DNA of 64,000 nt from contig CAZIZK010000001.1 of the NCBI GenBank assembly GCA_964544225.1, forward strand, positions 143,477 through 207,476, given 5' to 3'. A program made the translations under genes and the position numbers. This DNA is from an uncultured Candidatus Saccharibacteria bacterium. Its GTDB lineage: Bacteria > Patescibacteriota > Minisyncoccia > Phycocordibacterales > UBA9973. This document shows, piece after piece, positions 20,142 through 29,695 of this stretch. Every line of letters begins with the position of its first letter. Position 1 is the stretch's first letter. A model generated the notes under the pieces. The model saw nothing but the letters and a program-made list of their open reading frames with translations, was not told where the DNA came from and did no database searches.

Positions 20142-21743
20142 TTAGAAAGGTTTAAATATAGGTTTTATAGTTGTGCTGGATGCATTGGTACAGAATTTTA
20201 TTTTGAGTGATTTTGGATTAACATTTTGTGCGCTACCAGTAATTGTCAGAGTAATTTCTTCTAAAACTCCGGCACCAGGAGATGCAACAAGTAATGCATT
20301 GTATTCTGGTGTAGTAAGGGAAAGCTGTGCATCTACTGTATTGTGTGGGCCAGAACCATATGTAAATCCACCTGAAGGTGATATCGTAAATGTTCCCGAA
20401 TACGCACTACCTGAAACAGAAGCATCACTGATAAAACCATAGAGTGGATTCAATGTTAGAGTAACAGCACCTATGTATGTACCGAAACCATTATTGGCAA
20501 CAATAGCCCCAGGTGAACCTCCACATGAGGTTGCACCACTAACTGTATAATTCGGTAAACATACATTAGCTCGAGCTTGTCCAGAAGTGGCAGTACCCAT
20601 ATATGAACCGGAACCATTAGTACAAGAAAGTACATAATTTGTATTTTTGTCTTGATAATTTGTATCTAATTCTGTTCCAGGGGACGTACCACTAACACCA
20701 AAACTATAAGATGTCATCAAATCAGTTGTTTCCGCATCAATAGTACAAGAAGGAGTTGGGTCATTTGTAGACCAAGATATTATAGGACTACCGCCGGGGG
20801 CGACACAACTATTGTTGTAGCTCGCGCCCGCTGTCAGTGGTACGGCCGTAACACTAGCATTACCCGATGCATTGCGTGATCCGTCAGTACAAGTGAGGGT
20901 AAATACGGTTGTTGCATTAATAGGTACGTGAATATTTGAATATGTTCCGGAACTGGTGCTAACAGTCTTTACATTTGTCCAGTCAGTATCGGTGCCTGTA
21001 CCACTACCAGTACATGAAGTAGGAGTAAAGTCAGATACAGACCAAGTAAAGTCTACAGTGTCACCAGACAATATACTTGAGGAAGAAGGTGTTAATGTAA
21101 GTGTGGATGGTAAATCTATAAAAAATACTCCACCATTTGCAGGGTTATAACTGGAACCCGAGTCACCAGACATATCTACCCACCCCACAACGTCGTCACC
21201 CCACCAGTACCCAGAGGCAACATATACTGTTTGCCCAGTAAAACCTGTTCCCCAAGAAGTGTCTACAACATTTGTTGATCCAAAAGGTGCACTATATGTA
21301 GTACCCGTTGTTGCACCTAGTGATATCCACCCCTCCCATTTGTCTGTGCCTGTGGCTGTAGAATTCTTTGCGGAAATTGCTCGCCCCCAGCCACCAGCAC
21401 CCCAAGTGTTAGAGAAAGAAGAGAGCGTGCATCCTGTAGCCCCTGGTGGACAAGTCCCCCAGTCAGTAGGGTTAAAGCTGATCCAGCCCACATTGTTGTT
21501 CCAAGCATAGCCACTGACAATAGTACCATTCTTGTTCACTCCATAAGACACACTGCCACATGTAGAAGCGTCGCTCGGATTAGTACAATTATTAAAGCTG
21601 ATCCAGCCTATGTTCTCGCTCCAAGCTTTGCCAAATACGTTGTCAGAGGTACTAGCCTGTGCATGACCAGTAAAAATATTAAAAGAGAGCAAGCAGAAGA
21701 TTGCTATAAAGAAAGTAGATTTGATAATCTGGAAAAATTTCAT
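20142..21743 (-). CDS. Secreted Ser/Thr/Gly-rich surface protein with AW-x-x-N-x-GWISF repeats
   Basis: Signal peptide ending HAQA; repeats AWSENIGWISF, AWNNNVGWISF and WWGDDVVGWVDM; paired Cys. Confidence 0.75.
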   Translation of the reverse strand: MKFFQIIKSTFFIAIFCLLSFNIFTGHAQASTSDNVFGKAWSENIGWISFNNCTNPSDASTCGSVSYGVNKNGTIVSGYAWNNNVGWISFNPTDWGTCPPGATGCTLSSFSNTWGAGGWGRAISAKNSTATGTDKWEGWISLGATTGTTYSAPFGSTNVVDTSWGTGFTGQTVYVASGYWWGDDVVGWVDMSGDSGSSYNPANGGVFFIDLPSTLTLTPSSSSILSGDTVDFTWSVSDFTPTSCTGSGTGTDTDWTNVKTVSTSSGTYSNIHVPINATTVFTLTCTDGSRNASGNASVTAVPLTAGASYNNSCVAPGGSPIISWSTNDPTPSCTIDAETTDLMTSYSFGVSGTSPGTELDTNYQDKNTNYVLSCTNGSGSYMGTATSGQARANVCLPNYTVSGATSCGGSPGAIVANNGFGTYIGAVTLTLNPLYGFISDASVSGSAYSGTFTISPSGGFTYGSGPHNTVDAQLSLTTPEYNALLVASPGAGVLEEITLTITGSAQNVNPKSLKIKFCTNASSTTIKPIFKPF

Positions 21744-21845
21744 ATACAAATACATTATACTATATTCTAGAATGGTATCAATAAAAAAATGCATCATACC
21801 CGAAGATACAATGCATTTGAATATAGGAATTGCTATCGGAGGGTT

Positions 21846-23603
21846 TTAATCTCGGATGGACAATTTTGTTTGGTATGTTTTTTCGTTACTTTGAACAGTA
21901 ACGATGTACACACCAGTAGAAAGATCAGGCAAAGTTAAAGTGTTAGAGAGTAAAGTACCCTCAAAAACTTGTTTGCCAGAATATGAAAAAATATAAATTT
22001 TAGCTCCTGATACAGAATTGATGGTAAGAGTACCATTACTTGTAGCAGGATTCGGATATACATTTAAAGTGTTTGCTGAGTTCGTATGAACACCAGTATT
22101 TTGCGTTTGCAATGTTTGCGGATCAGAGTATTCACCCCATCCTGCAATATTGTGTGCACGTACTTTAATTGTATATGTGGAATTGGATTTTAGATTGGTT
22201 AGAGTGTAGTTATTCACTTTACCCAAATCAATCGTATTCCAATCAGCATTGTCAGCAGTTTTGTAAACAACTTCGAATCCATCGGCAACCGCACCGCCTG
22301 TTGGTAATGGGTTAGACCATTCAAGTGTTCCGTTCCAAACAACTGTTAGGTTAGGTTTAAAAGGTGCACGAGCAACTTTCACTAAATAACTGTAGACATC
22401 TGGGTTTTTTGACAAACCAGAAAGAAGGAAACCTCCATCAGACATCTCATTGATCTTTAAAACCAAAAACTGCTCGCCATCAATCGCTTCTTTTAACAGA
22501 AACATTGTGTCGGTTAGTGTTTTCGTTACGAGTATTTGGCAATACTTGTATTGATCGTTTTGATTGTTTAGTTGATACCCTAGTGAGGTCAGGTAGTAGA
22601 ATCGATTTACATCACTGTATTTCAACTCCGTCCTCATGCCACGGTTGTTTTTTAGAAATGGTATGACTATATCAGTTTTTTGCAAACCTGAGTTAGATAT
22701 AACTACCTTTCTTACTACATCCGTATTCAAACCGTTACCATAAATTACAAATTCAAATGAATCTTTGGCACAAAGCCTTGCACTTAATTTCTCATAGAAA
22801 TAATCACCCTTTCGAAGAGTTGGCAATGGTGTTACGTAATGCCACTTTTCCATTATCTGTAAACTAACAACTCCAATAGTCTGGTTGTTAAATTTTGACA
22901 AACAATAGAAGTCGTACTGATAAGATTCTGATGAAGTCCACATAAAAAATGTGTCCTTCCTTGTAACAAGAATGATTTCATCTTGAAAAATATTCAAGCT
23001 AATTGGAGAATAAGATATAGGTACATCTGCTGACTCCAGCATTTCACCTGTCTTCTTATTCACTGTAAACAAAACCCCCGAAAAAGCTACAATAAAATAC
23101 TCATTAGACTCTACAACCTTACCGGTTATTTGAATCATGTTTATATTTTTGACTTTATCTGAGATTACCTTAAAGCTTTCATAATTCTTCTGCCAAACAA
23201 CTTTACCTTCTTCTGAGATTAATGTCAGCTGTGGAACAGCTTCTATCCTTGATTTAAAAGTGTCTTTTGTTGTTATCAACTTTGATAAAACAAGAAGTCC
23301 AGAATTCGGAATATGGATCTTATCCAATAAATTTCCGATAGTAGTATCGCAAGAAACTATTTTTTTATTACCAAGATTTTCATCAAAAGTAAAAAAAGAC
23401 AGTTCACCCTGTGATATAGAATTGGATGGTATGGAAGTATAAATAACCCCAGATACACCCAAATTAGTCGTGGTAGCCTCAAAAGAGGTTCCACCAAACC
23501 CTTGTAGGGTTGAGATCTTCAAGCCCATGTCTTGGGCTGTAGCTACGCTAGGTGCACTTGCAATAGCAAGAGCCACTACTAGCAAAAACGTATACTTTTT
23601 CAT
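21846..23603 (-). CDS. Secreted protein with fibronectin type III domain and T9SS type-A sorting (CTD) domain
   Basis: Signal peptide ATA|Q; Fn3 (YTLTNLKSNSTYTIKVRAHNIAGWG); C-terminus LNVYPNPA...IFSYSGKQV...LSTGVYIVTV...TKLSIRD. Confidence 0.85.
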   Translation of the reverse strand: MKKYTFLLVVALAIASAPSVATAQDMGLKISTLQGFGGTSFEATTTNLGVSGVIYTSIPSNSISQGELSFFTFDENLGNKKIVSCDTTIGNLLDKIHIPNSGLLVLSKLITTKDTFKSRIEAVPQLTLISEEGKVVWQKNYESFKVISDKVKNINMIQITGKVVESNEYFIVAFSGVLFTVNKKTGEMLESADVPISYSPISLNIFQDEIILVTRKDTFFMWTSSESYQYDFYCLSKFNNQTIGVVSLQIMEKWHYVTPLPTLRKGDYFYEKLSARLCAKDSFEFVIYGNGLNTDVVRKVVISNSGLQKTDIVIPFLKNNRGMRTELKYSDVNRFYYLTSLGYQLNNQNDQYKYCQILVTKTLTDTMFLLKEAIDGEQFLVLKINEMSDGGFLLSGLSKNPDVYSYLVKVARAPFKPNLTVVWNGTLEWSNPLPTGGAVADGFEVVYKTADNADWNTIDLGKVNNYTLTNLKSNSTYTIKVRAHNIAGWGEYSDPQTLQTQNTGVHTNSANTLNVYPNPATSNGTLTINSVSGAKIYIFSYSGKQVFEGTLLSNTLTLPDLSTGVYIVTVQSNEKTYQTKLSIRD

Positions 23604-23631
23604 ATTTTATTTTCAAATAGAGTTTGATTAC

Positions 23632-23661
23632 ATTATCCCATATAAAAGCAAATAAAGTCAA
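23632..23661 (-). promoter_or_regulatory. Sigma70-type promoter of the T9SS-CTD gene
   Basis: TTGACT-TTATTTGCTTTTATATGG (18 bp)-GATAAT on the minus strand. Confidence 0.6.
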
Positions 23662-23675
23662 GCAAATGCCTGACT

Positions 23676-23684
23676 TTATCCACA
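23676..23684 (+). promoter_or_regulatory. DnaA box
   Basis: Exact TTATCCACA in an intergenic region; single site, could be chance. Confidence 0.4.
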
Positions 23685-23715
23685 GTAGCCAAGAAGGCTA
23701 TATTTTATAAGGTTA

Positions 23716-24858
23716 TTATAGGGTATATGTAATCTTTACAGCACCTTGTGCACCTTGACCTCCCAGAGGCCAGTCACTAGGTGCAGACTTTCCATAAGGC
23801 CATTGATTCAATCCCTCACCATACCTACCAACAGTAAATATGTATACCTCACCAGGATTAACAGTAACATCGAATTTGACATACCCTGCCCCACCGCCAC
23901 CAGCATGACCATCTTGACCCTCAAAAAGAGGATCATTGAGATAAGAATCTCCAGAATATCCTCCTGTTCCCCCAAAGCCTGAACCTCCTACACCATATAT
24001 GGTAGGAGTTGTACCATCTGATCCATAAGAACCTACATTCATAACAGAACTACCGCAAGTAACACCAACCATTGAACCAGGATCACCACCAGCACCGCCA
24101 GATACGCCAGACACTCCAGCACTAGCCCCTCCCTCCCCACCGGATCCACCTGTGCCTCCAGTAAATAAAGAAGGACACCCGCTACCTGTTGGGCTACTAC
24201 TACTAGTTGCATTACCACCATTACCACCATTAGTTTGTGTTACATATGTAAATTTTGAATATGTTGGTGTTGTATATGTACCACCAGCACCTCCTATTGT
24301 GCCTGAACCTTTTTTGCCACCTTTTGCAATGACTTTATTAGCAAAACTTCCTGACCAATAAAATGTAGTATCACCTCCATCTGAATTAACACTTGAATCA
24401 TTACCACCACCTCCACCCCAGATCTCAACAGTCATAGCTGTTACATTGGTTGGTATATATATCTCTGCATCACTCTGATATACAATAGACAATGTATCTC
24501 CTGCACACAATTCCAGCACTCCATCGCTGTCAGCACACACCTTTTGACTACCGGTTGAAATCAAAGTATCTGCTTTTATACTCCCCTCAATATCTGCGCC
24601 CCCAGCAACAGCAAGCCCAGTAGATAATATGTAGCCTATAACATCAAGCTTGTAAGGGCTAGTTGCCGCAGCGGTACTTGCAATAGCCAGTGTCCCTGCC
24701 TTTGCTTGGTCAGAAGCAGAAGTATCAATAGGTGCCGATGCGGTGCCATTGTCAACAGGACTTGCAGTAGGTGCTGTCCATGTTGCCCCGGCAAATGATA
24801 TACCCACGGCCAATACTAGGCCTAGTATGATTGATTTGATTTGATTTTTATAATTCAT
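23716..24858 (-). CDS. Secreted glycine-rich protein with CPR-type W-x-x-P...P...Q-x-K-x-G N-terminal motif
   Basis: Signal peptide, WTAPTASPVDN..APID...QAKAG, VEIWGGGGG glycine-rich domain. Confidence 0.75.
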   Translation of the reverse strand: MNYKNQIKSIILGLVLAVGISFAGATWTAPTASPVDNGTASAPIDTSASDQAKAGTLAIASTAAATSPYKLDVIGYILSTGLAVAGGADIEGSIKADTLISTGSQKVCADSDGVLELCAGDTLSIVYQSDAEIYIPTNVTAMTVEIWGGGGGNDSSVNSDGGDTTFYWSGSFANKVIAKGGKKGSGTIGGAGGTYTTPTYSKFTYVTQTNGGNGGNATSSSSPTGSGCPSLFTGGTGGSGGEGGASAGVSGVSGGAGGDPGSMVGVTCGSSVMNVGSYGSDGTTPTIYGVGGSGFGGTGGYSGDSYLNDPLFEGQDGHAGGGGAGYVKFDVTVNPGEVYIFTVGRYGEGLNQWPYGKSAPSDWPLGGQGAQGAVKITYTL

Positions 24859-24884
24859 AATAGATTTATTCTAATTAATAATAA

Positions 24885-25274
24885 TTAACATATAATAAGT
24901 GTTCCTGTAGTGTCTGCGCATACGTTACTTGTGCCAGATGAAGACAATGCATCGTTGGTAACAGTACCTGTAATAGACATATTTCCACCAACACCACTCG
25001 CCTTTATCACAGATACGCCTGTACTATATATAGAGCCTCGGACATCTAGCTTGTAACCCACAGTCAGTATAGGTGCAGTAGTAGAACCATCACCCACTTT
25101 TAACCCCCCAGCTTTGAACTCATCTGTAGTAGTGGTAGAAGTATCTTCGTGGATAAGCCCTATACCATTATCACTCGGAGGGGTTGCTGGTCGTGAAGCC
25201 AATACGTATTGGAAAGTCACCGCCAAGAGCGACCCGATGATAATTATTTGTAATAATGCTGTGTATTTCTTCAT
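24885..25274 (-). CDS. Small secreted paralog of the N-terminal part of 23716-24858
   Basis: Shares PP-DNG, K-A-G, YKLDV-G-I-STG and VCAD--G-L--C. Confidence 0.72.
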   Translation of the reverse strand: MKKYTALLQIIIIGSLLAVTFQYVLASRPATPPSDNGIGLIHEDTSTTTTDEFKAGGLKVGDGSTTAPILTVGYKLDVRGSIYSTGVSVIKASGVGGNMSITGTVTNDALSSSGTSNVCADTTGTLIIC

Positions 25275-25279
25275 ATATT

Positions 25280-25612
25280 TTACGAATTAAGGAAGTCTAA
25301 TGTCTTTTGCTTCTGTTCGGGGGTCTGCACTGGAACCTTCTTTGCCTGCTTTTCCAAAGCTTTGCCTATTGCCTGCTTTTCCTTTAGTGTTGTGTCTGTC
25401 TGCACCTGAGTGTCGAGCCATGCTGCCGACTCAGATATCCTCTTTGCGCGGTCATACTCCATCTTCTTCTCTTTGCCTTTGTTCACCACTATATATACGA
25501 TACCAGCACATACAATAATAGACAGTACTATCATCAATACCTTCTTTGTATCAGGCTTTGGAATCTTCCATTTACTTTTTACTTCAGGATTATCCGAAAT
25601 AATATTATTCAT
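25280..25612 (-). CDS. Hypothetical single-TM protein
   Basis: 110-aa ORF with one hydrophobic segment, co-oriented with the surface-protein cluster. Confidence 0.65.
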   Translation of the reverse strand: MNNIISDNPEVKSKWKIPKPDTKKVLMIVLSIIVCAGIVYIVVNKGKEKKMEYDRAKRISESAAWLDTQVQTDTTLKEKQAIGKALEKQAKKVPVQTPEQKQKTLDFLNS

Positions 25613-25630
25613 ATATTTATTTTACTACAA

Positions 25631-25697
25631 TTGACCAAAATAAAGAAATCAGGTATTATGTGGATATCAAGTCCGTTCTCGAAACCGGGCTTTTTTT
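25631..25697 (+). promoter_or_regulatory. nusA promoter followed by a leader terminator hairpin
   Basis: TTGACC-17-TATTAT, then AAGTCCG...CGGGCTTTTTTT before the ATG. Confidence 0.6.
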
Positions 25698-25724
25698 ATA
25701 AAAAATTTAATAACAACTAAATAT

Positions 25725-26966
25725 ATGTTAGATCTAAAAACAATGAAATCAGCTCTTGAACAGCTGGAAGAAGAGCGTAAAATACCAAAAGACAAGATAA
25801 TCGATGCTATCGAGCAAGCTTTGGCCGCCGCCTACAAGAAGGATTACGGAAAGAAAGGCCAGATCATCCGATGTCACTTCAATATGGAGACAGGCGATAC
25901 CGAATTCTACCAAGTAAAGATAGTGGTGGACGAATCTTTGGTGCGTGTAGTTACCGATGAGGATGAGGAGATAGCCGAGGATGACGAGCGTACTCGCTAC
26001 AATGAAGAGCACCACATCATGGTAGAGGATGCAAAACGTATCAAGACAGATGCGAGTCTCGAAGATGAGATCACTTTCCCACTTGAGACTATGGACGACT
26101 TCGGTCGTATTGCAGCCCAGACAGCAAAGCAAGTAATAATCCAAAAGATCCGCGAGGCAGAGCGTGGCGCAATAATCGAGGAATACGGTAGCAAAGAAGG
26201 CGAGATAATCAATGGATTTATCGATAAAGTAGAACGCGGTATGGTGTATGTCAGCTTCAACCGTGCCATGGGTATTATGCCTCCGGAGGAGCAGATTCCT
26301 GGCGAGTTCTATCGTCGTGGTGACCGTGTCCGTGCATACCTATACGCAGTAGAGGAGACTCCTCGTGGAGTGAATTTGAAACTCTCACGTTCCCACCCAC
26401 AATTCATCGAAGGCCTATTTAAAGTTGAAGCTCCAGAGATAGCGAGTGGCGTTGTAGAGATCAAGTCTATCGCCCGCGAAGCCGGTGCCCGATCAAAGAT
26501 AGCTGTATATTCAAACGATGAACATATCGACCCAGTAGGTTCATGTGTTGGTCAGCGTGGATCACGTGTGACAACAGTCATGAGTGAGCTTGGTGGTGAG
26601 AAGATCGATATTATCCCTTGGTCAAACGACCCTATGGAATATGTATCTAGTGCTGTATCTCCAGCCAAAGTATTGAGTATCGATATAAATGAAGACGAAC
26701 ACAAAGCAGTGATCGAAGTTGCAGATGACCAGCTATCTCTTGCTATTGGTAAGGGTGGCCAGAACGTGCGCCTAGCGGCAAAGCTAACAGGATGGAGGAT
26801 CGATATAAAGGGCATGCCTGCAGAAGGAGCTGTAAGTGGACAAACTGACATGGCAGATGAAGATGATACAATATCAGAAGATGTTGATCTAGAAGACGGC
26901 ATCGTAGATGATGGAACAGATGCAGTAGTATCTGTAGAAAGTGATGAAGAAGTAAAGGAAGAATAA
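25725..26966 (+). CDS. nusA: Transcription termination factor NusA
   Basis: FGRIAAQTAKQ, AREAGARSKIAV, GSCVGQRG and LAIGKGGQNVRLA motifs. Confidence 0.99.
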   Translation: MLDLKTMKSALEQLEEERKIPKDKIIDAIEQALAAAYKKDYGKKGQIIRCHFNMETGDTEFYQVKIVVDESLVRVVTDEDEEIAEDDERTRYNEEHHIMVEDAKRIKTDASLEDEITFPLETMDDFGRIAAQTAKQVIIQKIREAERGAIIEEYGSKEGEIINGFIDKVERGMVYVSFNRAMGIMPPEEQIPGEFYRRGDRVRAYLYAVEETPRGVNLKLSRSHPQFIEGLFKVEAPEIASGVVEIKSIAREAGARSKIAVYSNDEHIDPVGSCVGQRGSRVTTVMSELGGEKIDIIPWSNDPMEYVSSAVSPAKVLSIDINEDEHKAVIEVADDQLSLAIGKGGQNVRLAAKLTGWRIDIKGMPAEGAVSGQTDMADEDDTISEDVDLEDGIVDDGTDAVVSVESDEEVKEE

Positions 26967-26991
26967 TTATTAAATTAATTTTTTAAATTTT

Positions 26992-27576
26992 ATGGCAAAC
27001 ATAGATCACAAACCAAGTAAGTACATGCTAAATCTTCAGCACGTATTACCTGCATTCGTAGATAAAGAAAAGAAAGTTATAAACGGAATTGTAGAGATCA
27101 ACTCTGGTTCAATAAATAAATACGAATTGATTACAGAAAGTGGCCAATTGAAGCTGGATCGTGTTGGGTACTCTTCACTTGCATACCCAGTAGCATATGG
27201 TGCAATCCCTAAGACTTGGGATCAAGATGGTGATATGCTCGACTTTGTTATAGCAAATGTAACAGAGCCACTGATCCCAGGCTCACTTGTAGAACTACGC
27301 GTAATAGGAATAATGAAATTCGAAGACGGTGGTGAGCGTGATGACAAAGTTATCACAGTATTGTCAGACGACAAGAGAATGGATCATATCACTTCATACG
27401 AAGAGCTTGGTCCACACTGGCAAAAGGAAACTGAGCACTATTTCGAATATTACAAACACCTAAAGAAGCCAGGTACTTGTAAGCCTCTTGGATTCTTTGA
27501 TAAAGATGAGGCAATAAAAATAATTGAAGAGTGTGAAGAAAGATACCAGACTGATTACGCATCAAAAGTAGAATAA
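26992..27576 (+). CDS. ppa: Inorganic pyrophosphatase (family I)
   Basis: NKYE, LDRV, YGAIPKT, DGDMLD and DGGERDDK motifs. Confidence 0.95.
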   Translation: MANIDHKPSKYMLNLQHVLPAFVDKEKKVINGIVEINSGSINKYELITESGQLKLDRVGYSSLAYPVAYGAIPKTWDQDGDMLDFVIANVTEPLIPGSLVELRVIGIMKFEDGGERDDKVITVLSDDKRMDHITSYEELGPHWQKETEHYFEYYKHLKKPGTCKPLGFFDKDEAIKIIEECEERYQTDYASKVE

Positions 27577-27615
27577 TAAAAAAGAAAACACCATTATGGT
27601 GTTTTCTTTTTTATT
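27575..27615. terminator. Intrinsic terminator after ppa
   Basis: AATAAAAAAGAAAACACCA-tta-TGGTGTTTTCTTTTTTATT. Confidence 0.85.
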
Positions 27616-27677
27616 CAAATGCACTAGGCAAGACCTAGCGCATTTAGTATTTGGTAAAAATAATGTAATATATACTT

Positions 27678-28274
27678 ATGCAAAATCAACGTAAAACAAT
27701 CCGAAATGGTGAGCCGTTTATAATAGCCGAAGGTAAGTTGGGGGCTATTGTTGGCTTCCCTATGCTTGTAGATTCTGGAAGTGGGCACAAGGAAAAGACC
27801 TTTGAGAGATTTGTTCGTCCACCAGGCACAAGAATTATAGCTATTAAAGATAATAAAATATTTCTTCAATGTGAACACCGTTTAGAAGTAAAGAATGAGT
27901 TCGACTGGCGACTCCCCGGTGGCAAGGTTGTGGACAGCTTTGCAGAATATAAAGATTATATAGATATAAACAAAGATATGCCTACTGAGATGATCCTTTC
28001 TGCAGGAAGAAAGGAGTTACGTGAGGAAGCAAAGCTTGATTCTGAAAAACTTTCTTTATTTAAAAAGTCTTCTTGTGGAGCATCTGTCGAGTGGGACCTA
28101 TACTACATAATAGCCGAAGATGTTACTGATTATGCAAATGATCACAACGAAGGCGAGGAGATAGTGGATGGCAAATGGTTTACACACGAAGAAGTGTTGG
28201 CGATGTGTAACTCAGGAGCTATAGATGAGGATAGGACTGTCGCTGTATTGTATCAGTATATAAACAAAAAATAA
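27678..28274 (+). CDS. NUDIX hydrolase
   Basis: WRLPGGKV...KELREEAKL Nudix box with an insertion. Confidence 0.85.
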   Translation: MQNQRKTIRNGEPFIIAEGKLGAIVGFPMLVDSGSGHKEKTFERFVRPPGTRIIAIKDNKIFLQCEHRLEVKNEFDWRLPGGKVVDSFAEYKDYIDINKDMPTEMILSAGRKELREEAKLDSEKLSLFKKSSCGASVEWDLYYIIAEDVTDYANDHNEGEEIVDGKWFTHEEVLAMCNSGAIDEDRTVAVLYQYINKK

Positions 28275-28289
28275 TAAATTCACTCCACC

Positions 28290-28324
28290 ACCCCCAGATA
28301 GAGACTGAGTCTCTGTCTGGGGGT
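28290..28324. repeat. Long hairpin (terminator/REP-like)
   Basis: ACCCCCAGATAGAGAC-tga-GTCTCTGTCTGGGGGT followed by a T-run. Confidence 0.75.
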
Positions 28325-28420
28325 TTTTGATTGTATTGATTATTGGTATACTATATATGTACAGGTATATAGTCATGTATACGTGTATCGTTTAGAAATT
28401 AATAATTAAAATTTACATTT

Positions 28421-29293
28421 ATGAAGAAATATATTTACTTAGGTTTACTTGTAGCATTTGCTATGGTGGGTGCGAGTTTTGCACATGCCGAGGATGGCAA
28501 CGAAGGTGGTGACGACATGGGTCGCCCAGTTATGCAAGGTGAGTTTAGAAAGGGTGATGATATGCGTCCTGGTACAAGACCAGTAATGATGAAGGGTGAG
28601 TTCAGAGGTGAAGATAGAAATGAGGATGAGAACGAGAATGAAAACGGTGATGACAACGAAGGTATGAGAAAGGGTATCGTAGGTGAAAGAGGCTTCGGTA
28701 AGTTCGAAGGGTCTGACAATCGTTCAGATATGAAGAACCTTACGAAAGAAGAGAAGACTACTTTAAAAGAAAAGTTCAAGATGGAAAAGGAAAAGGCAAA
28801 GGACCTAGCTGAACACATGAAAGAAATAATGAAGAAGGATAATAGTGGTGATAGAGTAAAGGCGTTCCTACGATTCGACGCAGCTATCGCCCGTATGGAT
28901 ACACTAGTGTCACGTGTAGAGTCTCGTATTGCAAAGGTAACAGCTGAAGGCACAGATGCAACTACTGCTACAGCAGAAGTTACAAAAGCAAAGGCAAGTA
29001 TCGCGGATGCAAAGACAAAGTTCGAAGAACTGAAGACAAAGCTTCAGACAATAGAATCTACAAGTACAGATTCAACCGATGACAATAATGAAAGCGATGA
29101 TGCATCTGATGATTCTGACAACAGAAAGACAAACAATAATGCATTCAAAGCTGAAACAGCTCCCCTAGTAAAAGCTATAAAAGACGATCTTGTGAGTGCT
29201 CAGAAGTCACTCATGCAAGCAGTAAAGGTATTGCGTGGTCTTGCTCCTGTAAAAACAGAGGCTGGCACAACTACAACAACTACAAACCAATAA
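28421..29293 (+). CDS. Secreted charged coiled-coil protein
   Basis: Signal peptide FAHA|ED; internal repeat RPVM(Q/MK)GEFR. Confidence 0.75.
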   Translation: MKKYIYLGLLVAFAMVGASFAHAEDGNEGGDDMGRPVMQGEFRKGDDMRPGTRPVMMKGEFRGEDRNEDENENENGDDNEGMRKGIVGERGFGKFEGSDNRSDMKNLTKEEKTTLKEKFKMEKEKAKDLAEHMKEIMKKDNSGDRVKAFLRFDAAIARMDTLVSRVESRIAKVTAEGTDATTATAEVTKAKASIADAKTKFEELKTKLQTIESTSTDSTDDNNESDDASDDSDNRKTNNNAFKAETAPLVKAIKDDLVSAQKSLMQAVKVLRGLAPVKTEAGTTTTTTNQ

Positions 29294-29317
29294 TTATTAA
29301 CTAAATAAAATAAAAAT

Positions 29318-29608
29318 ATGGAACCAAACACAACAAACAATACAATAACAAAAAACTCTCATGGTGCATTGATAGGATCAATAATTATAGTTGTTATATT
29401 AATTATTGGTGGTATGTATGTATTCAAAATGACAAAGAGTAACTATGCTGCGCAACAAGACCGCCAAGCTCTACAGCAAATGCAAGAGCAAGATGCTGTT
29501 GTTCAGAGTTTAGAAACACAAGGCGCAAGCGATGATCTAGACTCAATAGATGCAGATCTAAAAGCTACAGACATCAACTCTATAGACAGTACAACAACTG
29601 TTCAATAG
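29318..29608 (+). CDS. Hypothetical single-TM protein
   Basis: GALIGSIIIVVILIIGGMY TM segment; acidic C-terminus. Confidence 0.75.
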   Translation: MEPNTTNNTITKNSHGALIGSIIIVVILIIGGMYVFKMTKSNYAAQQDRQALQQMQEQDAVVQSLETQGASDDLDSIDADLKATDINSIDSTTTVQ

Positions 29609-29622
29609 ACATAAGAGGCAGG

Positions 29623-29654
29623 AAACAAATAGCGCCCTAGGGCGCTATTTGTTT
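29623..29654. terminator. Perfect 32-bp palindrome terminator
   Basis: AAACAAATAGCGCCCTAGGGCGCTATTTGTTT. Confidence 0.8.
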
Positions 29655-29695
29655 TTTTTGACAAAAAAGCTTTTAGAATATAGACTGTGTAAACT

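Noticed and set aside
24238-24253. Additional parS-like word TGTTACATATGTAAAT
   Set aside because: Isolated, with an imperfect right arm in AT-rich coding DNA; may be chance
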